Source: Anaeromyxobacter sp. (GTDB lineage: Bacteria; Myxococcota; Myxococcia; Myxococcales; Anaeromyxobacteraceae). Taken from it: a DNA stretch of 64,000 nucleotides. Positions 50,525 to 64,000 of the stretch are shown piece after piece. The notes beneath the pieces were generated by a model, which was not told where the DNA came from, did not search any database, and saw only the letters and a program-made list of their open reading frames with translations. Made by a program: the position numbers and the translations under genes. Numbering within the stretch: the first letter of the stretch is position 1; each line of letters opens with the position of its first letter. The stretch covers positions 64,001-128,000 of the forward strand of contig JASGJN010000021.1 of NCBI GenBank assembly GCA_049840735.1. Direction: 5' to 3'.

Positions 50525-50793
50525 AGTGACTCGCACGAGTGCGGCTCTGGGCGTTCGTCCCTTCGCGCCTGCGGCCGGCCGCTGCGCGGCCTGCGGCAAA
50601 TCCTCCTCCCCCACCCGCCCTGCATCTTTCGGTGCGAGCCGCGCCGCAGCCACCCCGGCGTTGAGCCCCATCAACTCTCAGTGTCCCTCGCCCGCTGGGC
50701 ACCCCGCGAAGCCGTTGACGCACAGTGACGTGAAGCGCCTGATGCCTCCGGGAGCGCCCAGCCGGGTACACGGCGGGCGCGAGGGAGATCTCC

Positions 50794-53676
50794 ATGTTCC
50801 GTCGCTCGGCGGTCGCGGTGGTGGTGTGCGCGTTTCTCTCCGGCTGCAGCGGCGGAGGTGGCGGCGGCGGCGAGGACGACCGCTGCGCGAACGTGACCTG
50901 CACCGCGCTCGACGCCTGCCACGTGGCAGGGGTCTGCAGCGCGTCCACCGGGCTCTGCTCCAACCCGTCGGCGGGCGACGGCACGCCCTGCACCGGCGGC
51001 ACCTGCCAGTCCGGGACCTGCCAGCCCACGGGCGACCTCTGCGCCGGCGTGATCTGCGAGCCGCTCGACGCCTGCCATCCGGCGGGGAGCTGCGATCCGG
51101 CCAGCGGCGCCTGCGTGAGCGCGCCGGCGGCGGACGGGACCTCGTGCGCAGGGGGCGCGGGGAGCTGCAGCGCCGGCGCCTGCGTCTCGGCGGGCGGGAC
51201 CTGCGAGGACGGCGCCCGCAACGGCGGTGAGACGGACGTGGACTGCGGCGGGCCGCTCTGCGCGCCCTGCGTGCTCGGCCGCGCCTGCGGGGGCCCCGCG
51301 GATTGCCTGGGCGGCGCCTGCACGGGCGGCGTCTGCAAGCCGGTGGTGGCGGCGCTGGTGGCGGATCCGGGCCGGGCCTGGACGCTGCACGGCGGCGAGC
51401 GCGTGGTGCTGGACGGGACCCGCTCGCGCTCGCCGCGCGGGCCCATCACCAGCTGGGCCTGGACGCAGGCGGGCGGGCCCGCGGTCGTGCTGACGGGGAC
51501 GAACACGGCGCGGCCGGCCTTCGACGCGCCGGCGGCGCCGGCCGAGCCGCTCGTCTTCACCCTCACCGTGGGAGACGGGACCGCCACGGCCAGCGCCAGC
51601 GTGACGCTGACGGTGCAGCCGGGTGATGCGCCGGCGCCGGAGACGACCCTGGGCCTGCTGCTGCAGGACCTGCGCACGGGCGCGCTCGATCGCGACACGG
51701 CCATGACCTACCTGGCCTACTCGACCACCGGTGACCCGCGGCTGCCGCCGGCCTACGCCGGCACCCTGGCGGCGCCGTCGCTGTCGGCGGCCAAGCACAT
51801 CCTGGTGCAGGAGTTCCCGACGCTCTCGCCGGCGGCGCAGGCGCTGATCGCGCCGTTCCTGCTCCCGCCGGCGGCGCCCGGGAGCGCCGAGTCGCTGGCG
51901 GACCAGGCGCCGGCGCTGCGGGCGCTGGGCGCGGGGAGCGCCTGGGTGGGCGTGTCGAGCGCGCACGCGGTGATCTGGTACCGCCAGTCCCTCGCGAACG
52001 GCGCGGCCACCGCCACGGCGCTCAGCCGCGAGTTCGAGACGGTGATCTGGCCCAAGCACCGCCAGCTGTGGGGCGAGGATCACCTGCCGGTGCTGAACGA
52101 CGCGGGCATCAAGCTCGTCAACGGGGGCACCCACGGCAAGCTCAACGTCTACCTCACCACGAAGCTGCCGAACGGGGCGTCGGGGGACGAGAGCGCCTAC
52201 GGCACCGCCCCTGCGCCGAGCTTCATCCGGCTGGAGCAGACCATGCCGTTCCGCGGCAGCGCCTCGCAGTTCGGGCTCTGCGAGGTGCTGGCGCACGAGA
52301 GCACGCACTCGTGCCAGGACAGCTACCCGCAGTCCGAGCCGTACGAGGGGCACCGCTGGATCTTCGAGGGCGTGGCCACCTGGGCCCAGGACTACGTCTA
52401 CCCGGACACCAACACCGAGCACGCCCAGGCTGCGCAATGGCTCAGGCACCCGCAGGACGGGCTGACGTGGGACGCAGACCTTCGCCCGTACGGCACCTAC
52501 CTCTTCTTCCAGTACGTCACCCGGGCCGGCGGCGACGACGACTTCATCCGGCGCGCCTTCGAGGAGTTCCAGACCAAGCCGGCGGCCGAGGCAGTGGACG
52601 CCGCGCTGGTGCCGCCCGGCCAGCACGAGGAGCTGGGCTTCAACATCTACTGGGCCGCGTTCACGGCGGCAGGCTGGAACCGCGATCCGGCGCAGTCGTT
52701 CTGGGCGAATGACGGCCTGGAGCGCGGTGCCCGGCCGGTGGACAACGTCTACACCAACGTCACGATGACCGGCCCGGAGACGACCTACGAGGCGTCGCCA
52801 TTCCTGGTGAACGACCTGACCGCGCACTACTACTACTTCAAGCTGCCGGACCCCACGGCGCGGCAGATCTACTTCTACGACGGCCTGACCTACAAGCTGG
52901 CCTGGAAGACGACCCAGCAGAACAAGCAGCTCACCGTGGCGGACGGCTGGGAGCCGGATCCGGACCGGCAGGGCTGGGTGGTCTCGCGGCTCCTCACCAA
53001 GCAGGACGACGCCTGGACCACGGTGATGCCGCCGGCGCCGGGCGGCATGGTGGTCTGCCAGGACGACCCGGCCGAGAAGATCGACGAGCTGGTGGTCCTC
53101 TTCGGCAACTCCAGCCCGAAGCCCAGCACCCTCTGGATCGAGGGAGAGCGGCCCAGGATCCTGGCCAGCAACATCGGCTGCTACCGCTGGCAGGGCACGA
53201 TCAGCGCCGTCACCAGCCCGAACTGGCGCGGTCCGCAGGAGACGATCAGCGCCACCGTCACCTGGGGTCGCGAGACCATGTTCGACCAGGCCGGCCAGGC
53301 CATCTTCAGCCCGGTGCAGGTGACCGCCGACTGGTCCGTCAGCGGCGACTTCGACGGCTGCAGCTACTCCGGTGTGGGCGGCTACGGCGGCGCGGGCTTC
53401 CAGGCCGGCATGATGGTCTTCGCGCCCACGGTCACCGAGGGCCCCATGCACCGTGGCTACACCGCCCAGGGCATGCCGTTCCTGGTCAGCTACGTCAAGA
53501 CCTGCCCGTCCGGCTCCAACATCGTCCAGGGCCACGTCCCCTGGATCGACACGCAGAAGTTCGGCGATCCGGACTGGAACCCGGTGGTGGACGGGAGCGG
53601 GATGCAGGCGAGCGGCTCGGTGGACGACGGCCACTACGTCTGGACCTGGAGCTTCACCTCGACGCCCGGGAACTGA
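50794..53676 (+). CDS. Large lipoprotein: Cys-rich repeats, PKD/Ig-like domain, HEXXH metallopeptidase-like domain
   Basis: Lipobox LSGC; LDACH.AG.C repeats; [26 protein letters not shown]...WIFEGVATW. Confidence 0.85.
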   Translation: MFRRSAVAVVVCAFLSGCSGGGGGGGEDDRCANVTCTALDACHVAGVCSASTGLCSNPSAGDGTPCTGGTCQSGTCQPTGDLCAGVICEPLDACHPAGSCDPASGACVSAPAADGTSCAGGAGSCSAGACVSAGGTCEDGARNGGETDVDCGGPLCAPCVLGRACGGPADCLGGACTGGVCKPVVAALVADPGRAWTLHGGERVVLDGTRSRSPRGPITSWAWTQAGGPAVVLTGTNTARPAFDAPAAPAEPLVFTLTVGDGTATASASVTLTVQPGDAPAPETTLGLLLQDLRTGALDRDTAMTYLAYSTTGDPRLPPAYAGTLAAPSLSAAKHILVQEFPTLSPAAQALIAPFLLPPAAPGSAESLADQAPALRALGAGSAWVGVSSAHAVIWYRQSLANGAATATALSREFETVIWPKHRQLWGEDHLPVLNDAGIKLVNGGTHGKLNVYLTTKLPNGASGDESAYGTAPAPSFIRLEQTMPFRGSASQFGLCEVLAHESTHSCQDSYPQSEPYEGHRWIFEGVATWAQDYVYPDTNTEHAQAAQWLRHPQDGLTWDADLRPYGTYLFFQYVTRAGGDDDFIRRAFEEFQTKPAAEAVDAALVPPGQHEELGFNIYWAAFTAAGWNRDPAQSFWANDGLERGARPVDNVYTNVTMTGPETTYEASPFLVNDLTAHYYYFKLPDPTARQIYFYDGLTYKLAWKTTQQNKQLTVADGWEPDPDRQGWVVSRLLTKQDDAWTTVMPPAPGGMVVCQDDPAEKIDELVVLFGNSSPKPSTLWIEGERPRILASNIGCYRWQGTISAVTSPNWRGPQETISATVTWGRETMFDQAGQAIFSPVQVTADWSVSGDFDGCSYSGVGGYGGAGFQAGMMVFAPTVTEGPMHRGYTAQGMPFLVSYVKTCPSGSNIVQGHVPWIDTQKFGDPDWNPVVDGSGMQASGSVDDGHYVWTWSFTSTPGN

Positions 53677-53716
53677 CCGGGTGCGGGGCGGCGCTGGTTG
53701 GGGCACGATGCGCGGC

Positions 53717-54658
53717 ATGCCCCACCGCTGCGCCCTGCTCGCCCTCTTTCTGCTCCCCGCCCTGGCCGCCTGCAAGCGCGCCCCGCCGGCGCCGGCGCTG
53801 GATCCGGCGCGCGCCTCGGCGGTGCTGCTGGACCGGTTCGAGACGGTGGTCCACGTGCGCGCGGGGCTGGTGCCGCCGGAGCAGCAGCAGGGCGAGCCGG
53901 TGGCGCTCGACGTGCTGCGCGATCGGCTGGGCGAGCTGCCCTGGGCCGTCGAGGCGGCCCGGGGTGATGCGCGGGCGCTGCTGGCGGCCAGCGCCACGGT
54001 GCTGCTCGGCGCGCGCGACTTCCGCGCCCCGGGCGGCGAGCGCGCGCTGGGGCCGGTCCGCTCGGTCCGCTGCTTCGTGCTGGTGCTCCGCCCGGGCGAG
54101 GCGGTGGACCCGGGCGGCTGGGGCGGGGCGAAGCGGGCGCCGGGCGCGGCGGCGCTCTGGCGCTGGGCGCCCTCGCGCGAGCTGCCGGGGGACCCGGAGC
54201 TGGCCTACTTCGCGGCGGCGGGTCCCGGGTTCCTGGTGGTGGGCAACGACGCGGCCGAGACCGGCGCGACCGCCGCGGCGCTGGCCGGCGCCGGGCCGGC
54301 CGACGCGCTGGCGCGGCTGGAGCGGCTGGACCTGGCGGGGCGATCGGCCTGGGCCTACCGGAACTACCGGCCGGCGCAGGATCCGGCCGCGGCGGGGGTG
54401 CAGCTCGTCCCGCCCTGGGCCACGGCGCTGGCGTTCCTGCCGGACGAGGAGAAGCCGCTCATCACCGTGCGGCTGGTGGGCGACGCCGGCGCCGGCGAGC
54501 CGGGCGAGGAGCTGGCAAACCTGCTGCGGGTGCCGCGCCTGTCACTGCACGCGCCGGGCGTCTGGGAGGCGCGCGTGTCGCTGGGCGCGAACGGCGACGA
54601 GGCGGCGGAGCGGCTCTTCCGGCTGGAGGGGCTGCTGGGGTTCGCGACCTACCTGTGA
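53717..54658 (+). CDS. Hypothetical lipoprotein
   Basis: Lipobox LAAC; high GC3 codon usage. Confidence 0.7.
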   Translation: MPHRCALLALFLLPALAACKRAPPAPALDPARASAVLLDRFETVVHVRAGLVPPEQQQGEPVALDVLRDRLGELPWAVEAARGDARALLAASATVLLGARDFRAPGGERALGPVRSVRCFVLVLRPGEAVDPGGWGGAKRAPGAAALWRWAPSRELPGDPELAYFAAAGPGFLVVGNDAAETGATAAALAGAGPADALARLERLDLAGRSAWAYRNYRPAQDPAAAGVQLVPPWATALAFLPDEEKPLITVRLVGDAGAGEPGEELANLLRVPRLSLHAPGVWEARVSLGANGDEAAERLFRLEGLLGFATYL

Positions 54659-54671
54659 GGCGGCCCGCCCT

Positions 54672-54937
54672 CGTGGTTCGACTCCGCGCCCCGCCCTCCA
54701 GCGCCGTGGGCGCAAGCCCGGGGCGCGCTACGCTCACCACGAACGGAGGGTGAATCCGCGCCATGCTGTTTGAGGTCAGTGCAGTCTCGGTCTTCGACAG
54801 GCTCACCCCGAACGGAAGCGGGCCGATCGCCGGAGCCCGTCCGAAGCGACCGCCCCCGCCCGTTCGTCCTGAGCGTAGGGGCCGGTCACGGGTCGAAGAA
54901 GTCGGCAGGCCGGGCCCGGAGTCGAAGGACGAACGGG
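54672..54937. repeat. REP-like cluster, 3 units, between convergent genes
   Basis: Units at 54672-54746, 54791-54815 (short form) and 54859-54937. Confidence 0.85.
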
Positions 54938-54954
54938 CCCTGACCGCCGTCGAG

Positions 54955-55948
54955 CTATCGCCGCTTCGCCCGCACCGCCGCGATCCGCGCCGCCAGCTCC
55001 AGCGCGGCCACCATCGAATCCGGGCTGGCCTTGCTCTTGCCGGCGATGTCGTAGGCCACGCCGTGGTCGGGGCTGGTCCGGACGATGGGCAGGCCCAGCG
55101 TCACGTTGACCGCGGGATCGCCGCCCACGGCGTCGAGCAGCTTCACCGGGATCAGCCCCTGGTCGTGGTAGAGGGCCACCACCGCGTCGAACTCGCCCAG
55201 CGCGGCGCGGAAGAAGACCGAGTCGGCGGGGAACGGGCCGGCGGCGGGGGCGCCCAGCCGGGCGGCCTCCGCCAGCGCGGGGCGGAGCAGCCGCTCCTCC
55301 TCGTCGCCGAAGGCGCCGCCCTCGCCGGCGTGCGGGTTGAGCGCCGCCAGCGCCAGCCGCGGCCGGCGCAGGCCCAGGTCGGCCGCCAGGGCGCGGTGGG
55401 TGATGGCCAGCGTCTCCACGATCCGGTCCACCGTCAGCGCCCGGCGCAGCTTCCCGAACGCCACGTGGTTGGTGACCAGCGCGATCCGGAGCCGGCGGCC
55501 GGCCAGCATCATCACCGAGCGGCGCACGCCGCAGCGGGCCTCCAGCCACTCGGTGTGGCCGACGAAGCCGGGGTGCGCGGTGGCCACCTGGGCCTTGGGA
55601 GACCGGCGCGGTGCAGAGCGCCTGGCAGCTGCCCTCCAGCACCGCCTCGAAGGCGGCCTCGAGGAAGCCGAGCTGGGCCCGGCCGCCGCCGGCGGTGGGC
55701 TTGCCGGGGCGGGCGTCGGCGGCCGGCAGGTGCGTGACGGCCACCAGCGCGCCGCGGGCGGGGACGGGCTGGCCCGCCTCGACCACCGGCAGCCCCAGGT
55801 CGGAGAGCCAGCGCTCGAAGAGGCGCGGGTCGCCGTGGACCACCGGCGCGATGGCGCGCCCCAGCCGGCGGAGCGCGCCGGCGGTCACCTCGGCGCCGAT
55901 GCCGGAGGGGTCGCCCAGGCTGATGGCGATGCGGGGCGGAGGGGCCAC
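54955..55948 (-). CDS. pdxA: 4-hydroxythreonine-4-phosphate dehydrogenase, frameshift near 55598
   Basis: GDPSGIGAE, TAPV, GHTE, LNPHAGE, YHDQGLIP, RTSPDHG. Confidence 0.95.
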
Positions 55949-56001
55949 GGGACCTCCGGGCCGCGGGGCGGAGCCCGGCGGCGGTGCGGCGCCGACGCCG
56001 C

Positions 56002-57135
56002 TCAGGGAGCGGCGAGCACGTCGGGCGGGTTGGCGGACAGCTCGGGGATCCGGACCTCGATCATGGCCTGCCGCCGCAGCTCGCTCACGTACTGCTTGCG
56101 GAAGACCTCGCCCTTCTGGTCGAGCAGCAGGTTCCGGATGTCCTCCTTCACCTGCTCGTACGGCTTGCCGGCGGCCTGGCGCCGCTCGTCCACCTTGAGG
56201 ATGTGCAGGCCGGGGCCGAAGCGGATCACCTCGGAGAACTGGCCGGTCTTGAGCTCGAAGGCGACGTCCTCCATGTCGCGCTGGATGGTGCCGCGCTTCA
56301 GCCAGCCCAGGTCGCCGCCGTCGTCGGCCGAGGGGCCGCGCGAGACCTCCTTGGCCACCTTGGCGAAGTCCTCGCCGGTCTTGAGCCGCTGCAGCACCCG
56401 GTTGGCCTGGTCCTGCACGCGCGCCTCCTCGAGGATGGGCGCGCCGGGGGCCAGCGGCAGGAAGATGTGCCGGACGTGGACCTCGTCCTCGCCGGCGTAC
56501 TCGGCCTGGTGCTGCCGGTAGTAGTTCTCCACGTCCTCGTCGGCGACGGTGACCTTGCCGCCGATCTTGTAGCGCAGCACCTCGAAGTTGATCTGCTGGG
56601 TGCGGATGCGCTCGCGGAACCCGGCCAGGTCCATCCCCTCGGACTTGAGGGCCTGGGCGAACTGGCCCTCGCTGAAGTTGTTCCGCTGCTTGATGGCGGC
56701 GACCTGCTGGTCGAGGTCGGCGTCGGAGACCTCGATGCCCAGGTTCTTGGCCTCGGCCGCGAAGAGCATGTCCGACACGATCTGCTCGAAGGACAGCTGC
56801 ATGGCGTTGGCGCGCGCCTTGTTGCGCTCCGGGCCAGGCGGCAGGGCGTCGGCCTGGACCAGCGCCGAGCCGGCGCGCTTCTGCAGCTCGCGCAGCGTGA
56901 TGGTCTCGCCGTTCACGGTGGCCGCCACGCGGTCGATGGGCCGGCGCGGCAGCGCGGGGCCGGCCGGCTTGTCGCCCGCGGGCTTGGCCGCGGCGGGCTG
57001 CTCGGCCGGCGCGGCGGCGGGGGCCTGGGCGGCGGGGGCCGGCGCGGCGGGAGGGGCGTCTGCCGCGGGCTTGGCAGGCGCGGCGGCGTCCTGGCCGGCG
57101 GCCAGGGCGAGGGTCAAGGCGAGGAGAGCGTTCAA
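56002..57135 (-). CDS. SurA-like chaperone/parvulin PPIase
   Basis: IDRVAATVNG, HI, GEDFAKVA..S, GGDLGW; upstream of pdxA. Confidence 0.9.
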   Translation of the reverse strand: MNALLALTLALAAGQDAAAPAKPAADAPPAAPAPAAQAPAAAPAEQPAAAKPAGDKPAGPALPRRPIDRVAATVNGETITLRELQKRAGSALVQADALPPGPERNKARANAMQLSFEQIVSDMLFAAEAKNLGIEVSDADLDQQVAAIKQRNNFSEGQFAQALKSEGMDLAGFRERIRTQQINFEVLRYKIGGKVTVADEDVENYYRQHQAEYAGEDEVHVRHIFLPLAPGAPILEEARVQDQANRVLQRLKTGEDFAKVAKEVSRGPSADDGGDLGWLKRGTIQRDMEDVAFELKTGQFSEVIRFGPGLHILKVDERRQAAGKPYEQVKEDIRNLLLDQKGEVFRKQYVSELRRQAMIEVRIPELSANPPDVLAAP

Positions 57136-58076
57136 GGCGTCACCGAGGCGAGGGCCTTCTCGTCGATCGTGATCTTGGCGCGCTGCCGCAGGGCCGCCAC
57201 GTAATCGGCCTGGGCCTTGGCGCGCTTCTCACGGAGCAGCTTCTCGTGGATCTCCGGGGCCGCCCGCTCGAGCGGGCGCCGCTCGGCGATCTTGCGCTCC
57301 AGCACCCGGAACAGGTGGAAGCCGTAGGGCGAGGGCGTCACGTCGGAGAGGGTGTTGACCGGCAGCGTGAAGCAGACGTCGAAGACCTCCGGGAAGCCGG
57401 AGCCCTTCCCGATCAGGCCGAGGTCGCCGCCGCTGCGGCCCTCCGGGGCGATGGAGCTCTTGCGGGCCAGCTCGGCGAAGGTCTGCGGCGCCTTCAGGAG
57501 CTTCTGCCGGAGGGCGTCGGCCTCCTCGCGGCGGGCCACCACGATCTGCTGCACGTGGACCCGCTCCGGCTGCTCGAACTCGGCCGCGTGGTCGGCGTAG
57601 TAGCGGCTGACCTCGGCGTCGGCCACCTGCAGCGAGGGGAAGACCTCCTGCTCGAACAGCCGCTCCAGCGTGAGCTGCTCGGCCAGGCGGGCCTTGAGCT
57701 CGGCCTGGCTGATCCGCTCGTCGGCCAGCAGCTCGTCGAAGGCCGTGCCCGGGTACTCGGCCCGGACCCGCAGGAAGGCGCGCTCCACCTGGTCCTGGCC
57801 GACCACGATCGACCGGGCGCGGGCCTGGGAGAGCAGGAGCGTCCGGTCGACCAGCTGGTCCAGCAGGCGCCGCCGGAGCGGCTCCAGGCTGGCGTCGCCG
57901 GCGGCGCCGGCCTGCGCCTCCCGCAGCTCGCGGGCCAGCGCGTCGGCCGTGACCGGCTGGCCGTCCACCACCGCGACCGCGCGCGGCGCAGGGCGCTCGG
58001 GCGCGTGCGCGCCGCCGCAGCGGCTGCAGCCCGCCGCGAGCGCCGCGGCGATCACGATGGCGAGGGGGCCGCGCAC
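57132..58076 (-). CDS. Parvulin-type PPIase lipoprotein
   Basis: LAAGC, FAELARKSS, GGDLG, SPYGFHL. Confidence 0.88.
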   Translation of the reverse strand: MRGPLAIVIAAALAAGCSRCGGAHAPERPAPRAVAVVDGQPVTADALARELREAQAGAAGDASLEPLRRRLLDQLVDRTLLLSQARARSIVVGQDQVERAFLRVRAEYPGTAFDELLADERISQAELKARLAEQLTLERLFEQEVFPSLQVADAEVSRYYADHAAEFEQPERVHVQQIVVARREEADALRQKLLKAPQTFAELARKSSIAPEGRSGGDLGLIGKGSGFPEVFDVCFTLPVNTLSDVTPSPYGFHLFRVLERKIAERRPLERAAPEIHEKLLREKRAKAQADYVAALRQRAKITIDEKALASVTP

Positions 58077-59110
58077 TACTTGGCGGCGGGGGCCGGGGCG
58101 GGGGCGATGGCCGGGGCCGGGCGCTCGGCGCCGGGGGCGCCGCCCGGGTGGCCCATCGGCATGCCGCCCATCGGGCCGCCCATGGGGACGCCGCCGCCGG
58201 GGGCGGCGACGGGGGCCAGCTCGATGCCGGCGATGGCCTTGTCGTCGATCTCGACCTTGGCCTTCTCCTTGAGCTGCTTCCGCCACTCGGTGAACTCGTT
58301 GCCGCGCTTCTCGCGCAGCAGGCGGGCCTCGATCTGCGGCGTGGCCTGCTCGAGGGTCCGGTTGAGCTCGTCCTGCGCGCCGTTGACGCGCACGATGTAG
58401 AAGCCCTTCGGCGTCTCGAGCACGTCCGAGGTCTCACCCGACTTCATCTTGAAGATGGCGTCGGCCAGCTCGGGGCCGTAGGCGGTGGTCAGCTCGTCCT
58501 GCGACTTGAAGGAGAGGTCGCCGTTGGTCGCCTTGGTGGCCGGGTCGTCGGAGTAGGCCTGGACCACGTTCACGAAGGCGAGCGGGGTCTTCTTCTCGTC
58601 GGCCTTCAGCTTGGCCAGCGCCTCGGCGGCCTTCTTCTTCTTGGCGGCGCGGTCGGGCGAGCCGGCCGGGGCGCTGAACGCCACCAGGGCGCCGCGGACC
58701 TTCTTCGGGCGGAAGAACTCGGCCTTGTGGCCGTCGTAGTAGGTCTTGATCGCGTCGGCCGGGATGGCGGCGGCCTTGGGGTCCTGCTGGAACTTCTTCT
58801 GCCAGAGCTTCTGCACCATCATCCGCTTGCGCATCTGCTCGATGTCCGGGTCCTTGTCGAGGCCTTCCTTCTCGGCCTCGCGGGCCATCAGCTCCATCTC
58901 GACCATCTTGTCGACGAACTCCTTCTTCTGCTCCGGCGTGCTGTACCGGGCGCGCAGGAAGGGCGCCTGCTCGTCGAGCTGCTTCTTCACCTGGCTGGCG
59001 GTGATCTCGAAGCCGTCGCCCTTGGCGACGACGGGGTCGGACTTGTTGCCGGACTTGCAGGCGGTGGCGGCCAGCGCGACGAGGCCGAGCAGGGCGATGC
59101 GACGGAACAT
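58076..59110 (-). CDS. Parvulin-type PPIase (PrsA-like) lipoprotein
   Basis: ATAC lipobox, YSDD..T...GDL, ETPKGFYI. Confidence 0.88.
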   Translation of the reverse strand: MFRRIALLGLVALAATACKSGNKSDPVVAKGDGFEITASQVKKQLDEQAPFLRARYSTPEQKKEFVDKMVEMELMAREAEKEGLDKDPDIEQMRKRMMVQKLWQKKFQQDPKAAAIPADAIKTYYDGHKAEFFRPKKVRGALVAFSAPAGSPDRAAKKKKAAEALAKLKADEKKTPLAFVNVVQAYSDDPATKATNGDLSFKSQDELTTAYGPELADAIFKMKSGETSDVLETPKGFYIVRVNGAQDELNRTLEQATPQIEARLLREKRGNEFTEWRKQLKEKAKVEIDDKAIAGIELAPVAAPGGGVPMGGPMGGMPMGHPGGAPGAERPAPAIAPAPAPAAK

Positions 59111-59360
59111 GGCTGGATGGCTCCTCGAGATAAGGGCGCGGGCCTGAACGGAGGCCCGGCAGACCAACGCGTGGAGGCGGTGGCTTCTTCCCCTCCGCGC
59201 CCGCTGGCGCAGTGGCCAGGCGCGCAAAAGAGCACGAAAAGACGCACGGATCAAGGGAACGGGCGCCTGGCCGGGCCCCCGGTAACCTCCCGTGGCCGCA
59301 GGTGGTTCACCCGGGTCGCCAGGAGCGGAGCGCAGGCGCCGCCCAGCCGGACCCTGCGTC

Positions 59361-63059
<3,699 letters not shown>

Positions 63060-63288
63060 CTCGGCGGGCGGTACCTACCACGGCTGCGGGCGGGCCGGCC
63101 GGACACCTTGGGCGGGCCTGCGGGACCCCTGGGGACGGGTTGCGGTCAAGACGCGCAGCGCGGCGATACCTTTAACGCTGTTGGGCGCTTCGTGCCGCCA
63201 GACGGAGCATTCCTTGATCGTCCGGAGGGGGCTGAATACACTCGGCCTGCTCTCCGGGACGCTCCCCGGGGGCCCCGTGAAGCCAACG

Positions 63289-63978
63289 ATGCCTCGCCTT
63301 GCCTTCGCCGCGCTCGCCGCAGCCCTCCTCGCCGCCTGCGGCGGGGCGGAGCCGCGCGCGCCGGAGGACGGTGCGCCGCTGGTGGTGGTGCTGGCCTCCC
63401 CGCCCGGCGCCGGGCCGGACCGGCTGCGCGCCGGTGATCCCGCCGGAGCGCGCGCCGCCTTCGAAGGGGTGCTGGCCCGCGACCCGGACGCGCTGGCCGC
63501 GCTGAACGACCTGGCGGTCGCCTACCTGGTCGAGGGGCACGCCGAGCCGGCGCGCCGGCTGCTGGACGACGTGGTGGCCCAGGGCGGCCCGCGCGAGCAG
63601 CAGGCGGCGCTCCTCAACCTGGGCGAGCTGTACGCCCTGGACGGCTACCTCGACGCCGCGCAGGCCTACCTCGAGTCGGCCCGCGGCGTGGACCGCGAGC
63701 GGGCCGAGCCCTGGTACGCGCTGGCGCTGCTGGCCGACGTCCGCGGGGACCGGGCGGGCGCGCGGGCCCTGGTGGGAGAGGCCGTGCGCCTCGACGAGAG
63801 CGGTGCGGCGCGGGGCTCGCTGGCTTACGTGTATCCGGAGGAGCGCGTGCACCTCGAGGCCCTGATGGCCGAGCGGAGCGGCGAGTACGCGCTCGCGGTC
63901 ACCCGCTGGCGCGAGCTGGCGGCCGGGCAGCTGCCCGGCCTTGCGGCGGTGGCCGAGAGGCACCTCGCCGGCGAGTAG
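63289..63978 (+). CDS. TPR lipoprotein
   Basis: Lipobox LAAC; ALNDLAVAY and ALLNLGELY TPR helices. Confidence 0.8.
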   Translation: MPRLAFAALAAALLAACGGAEPRAPEDGAPLVVVLASPPGAGPDRLRAGDPAGARAAFEGVLARDPDALAALNDLAVAYLVEGHAEPARRLLDDVVAQGGPREQQAALLNLGELYALDGYLDAAQAYLESARGVDRERAEPWYALALLADVRGDRAGARALVGEAVRLDESGAARGSLAYVYPEERVHLEALMAERSGEYALAVTRWRELAAGQLPGLAAVAERHLAGE

Positions 63979-64000
63979 GGAGCCATGAGCGGCGCGTCGG

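Overview
Very GC-rich chromosomal origin region of a myxobacterium, most likely Anaeromyxobacter-like (inferred from gene order and protein families). Core content: ileS-lspA-lgt; dnaA-[oriC]-dnaN-recF-gyrB-fabH-tRNA-Gln; rpmH-rnpA-yidD-yidC-jag-orf-rsmG; three parS sites with parA-parB-bactofilin; a split ATP synthase (atpHAGDC and, about 8 kb away, atpZ/I-B-E-F); gyrA, hemL, ychF, and mfd-3xPPIase-pdxA. A small accessory tract lies downstream of tRNA-Phe (HigBA-like pair with an internally deleted toxin, OsmC, membrane proteins). Seven reading-frame breaks, five in housekeeping genes, look like sequencing indels. The most unusual signals are non-coding: (1) a ~290-bp covarying hairpin element duplicated in inverted orientation around a parS site; (2) a modular GTAG-type REP/REPIN family (about 19 units at 11 loci) that is nested within itself, brackets a gene and appears to be translated in-frame in a lipoprotein signal peptide; (3) helically phased degenerate DnaA-box arrays. 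No CRISPR array, transposase or integrase was seen. All calls come from reading the sequence; no searches were run.
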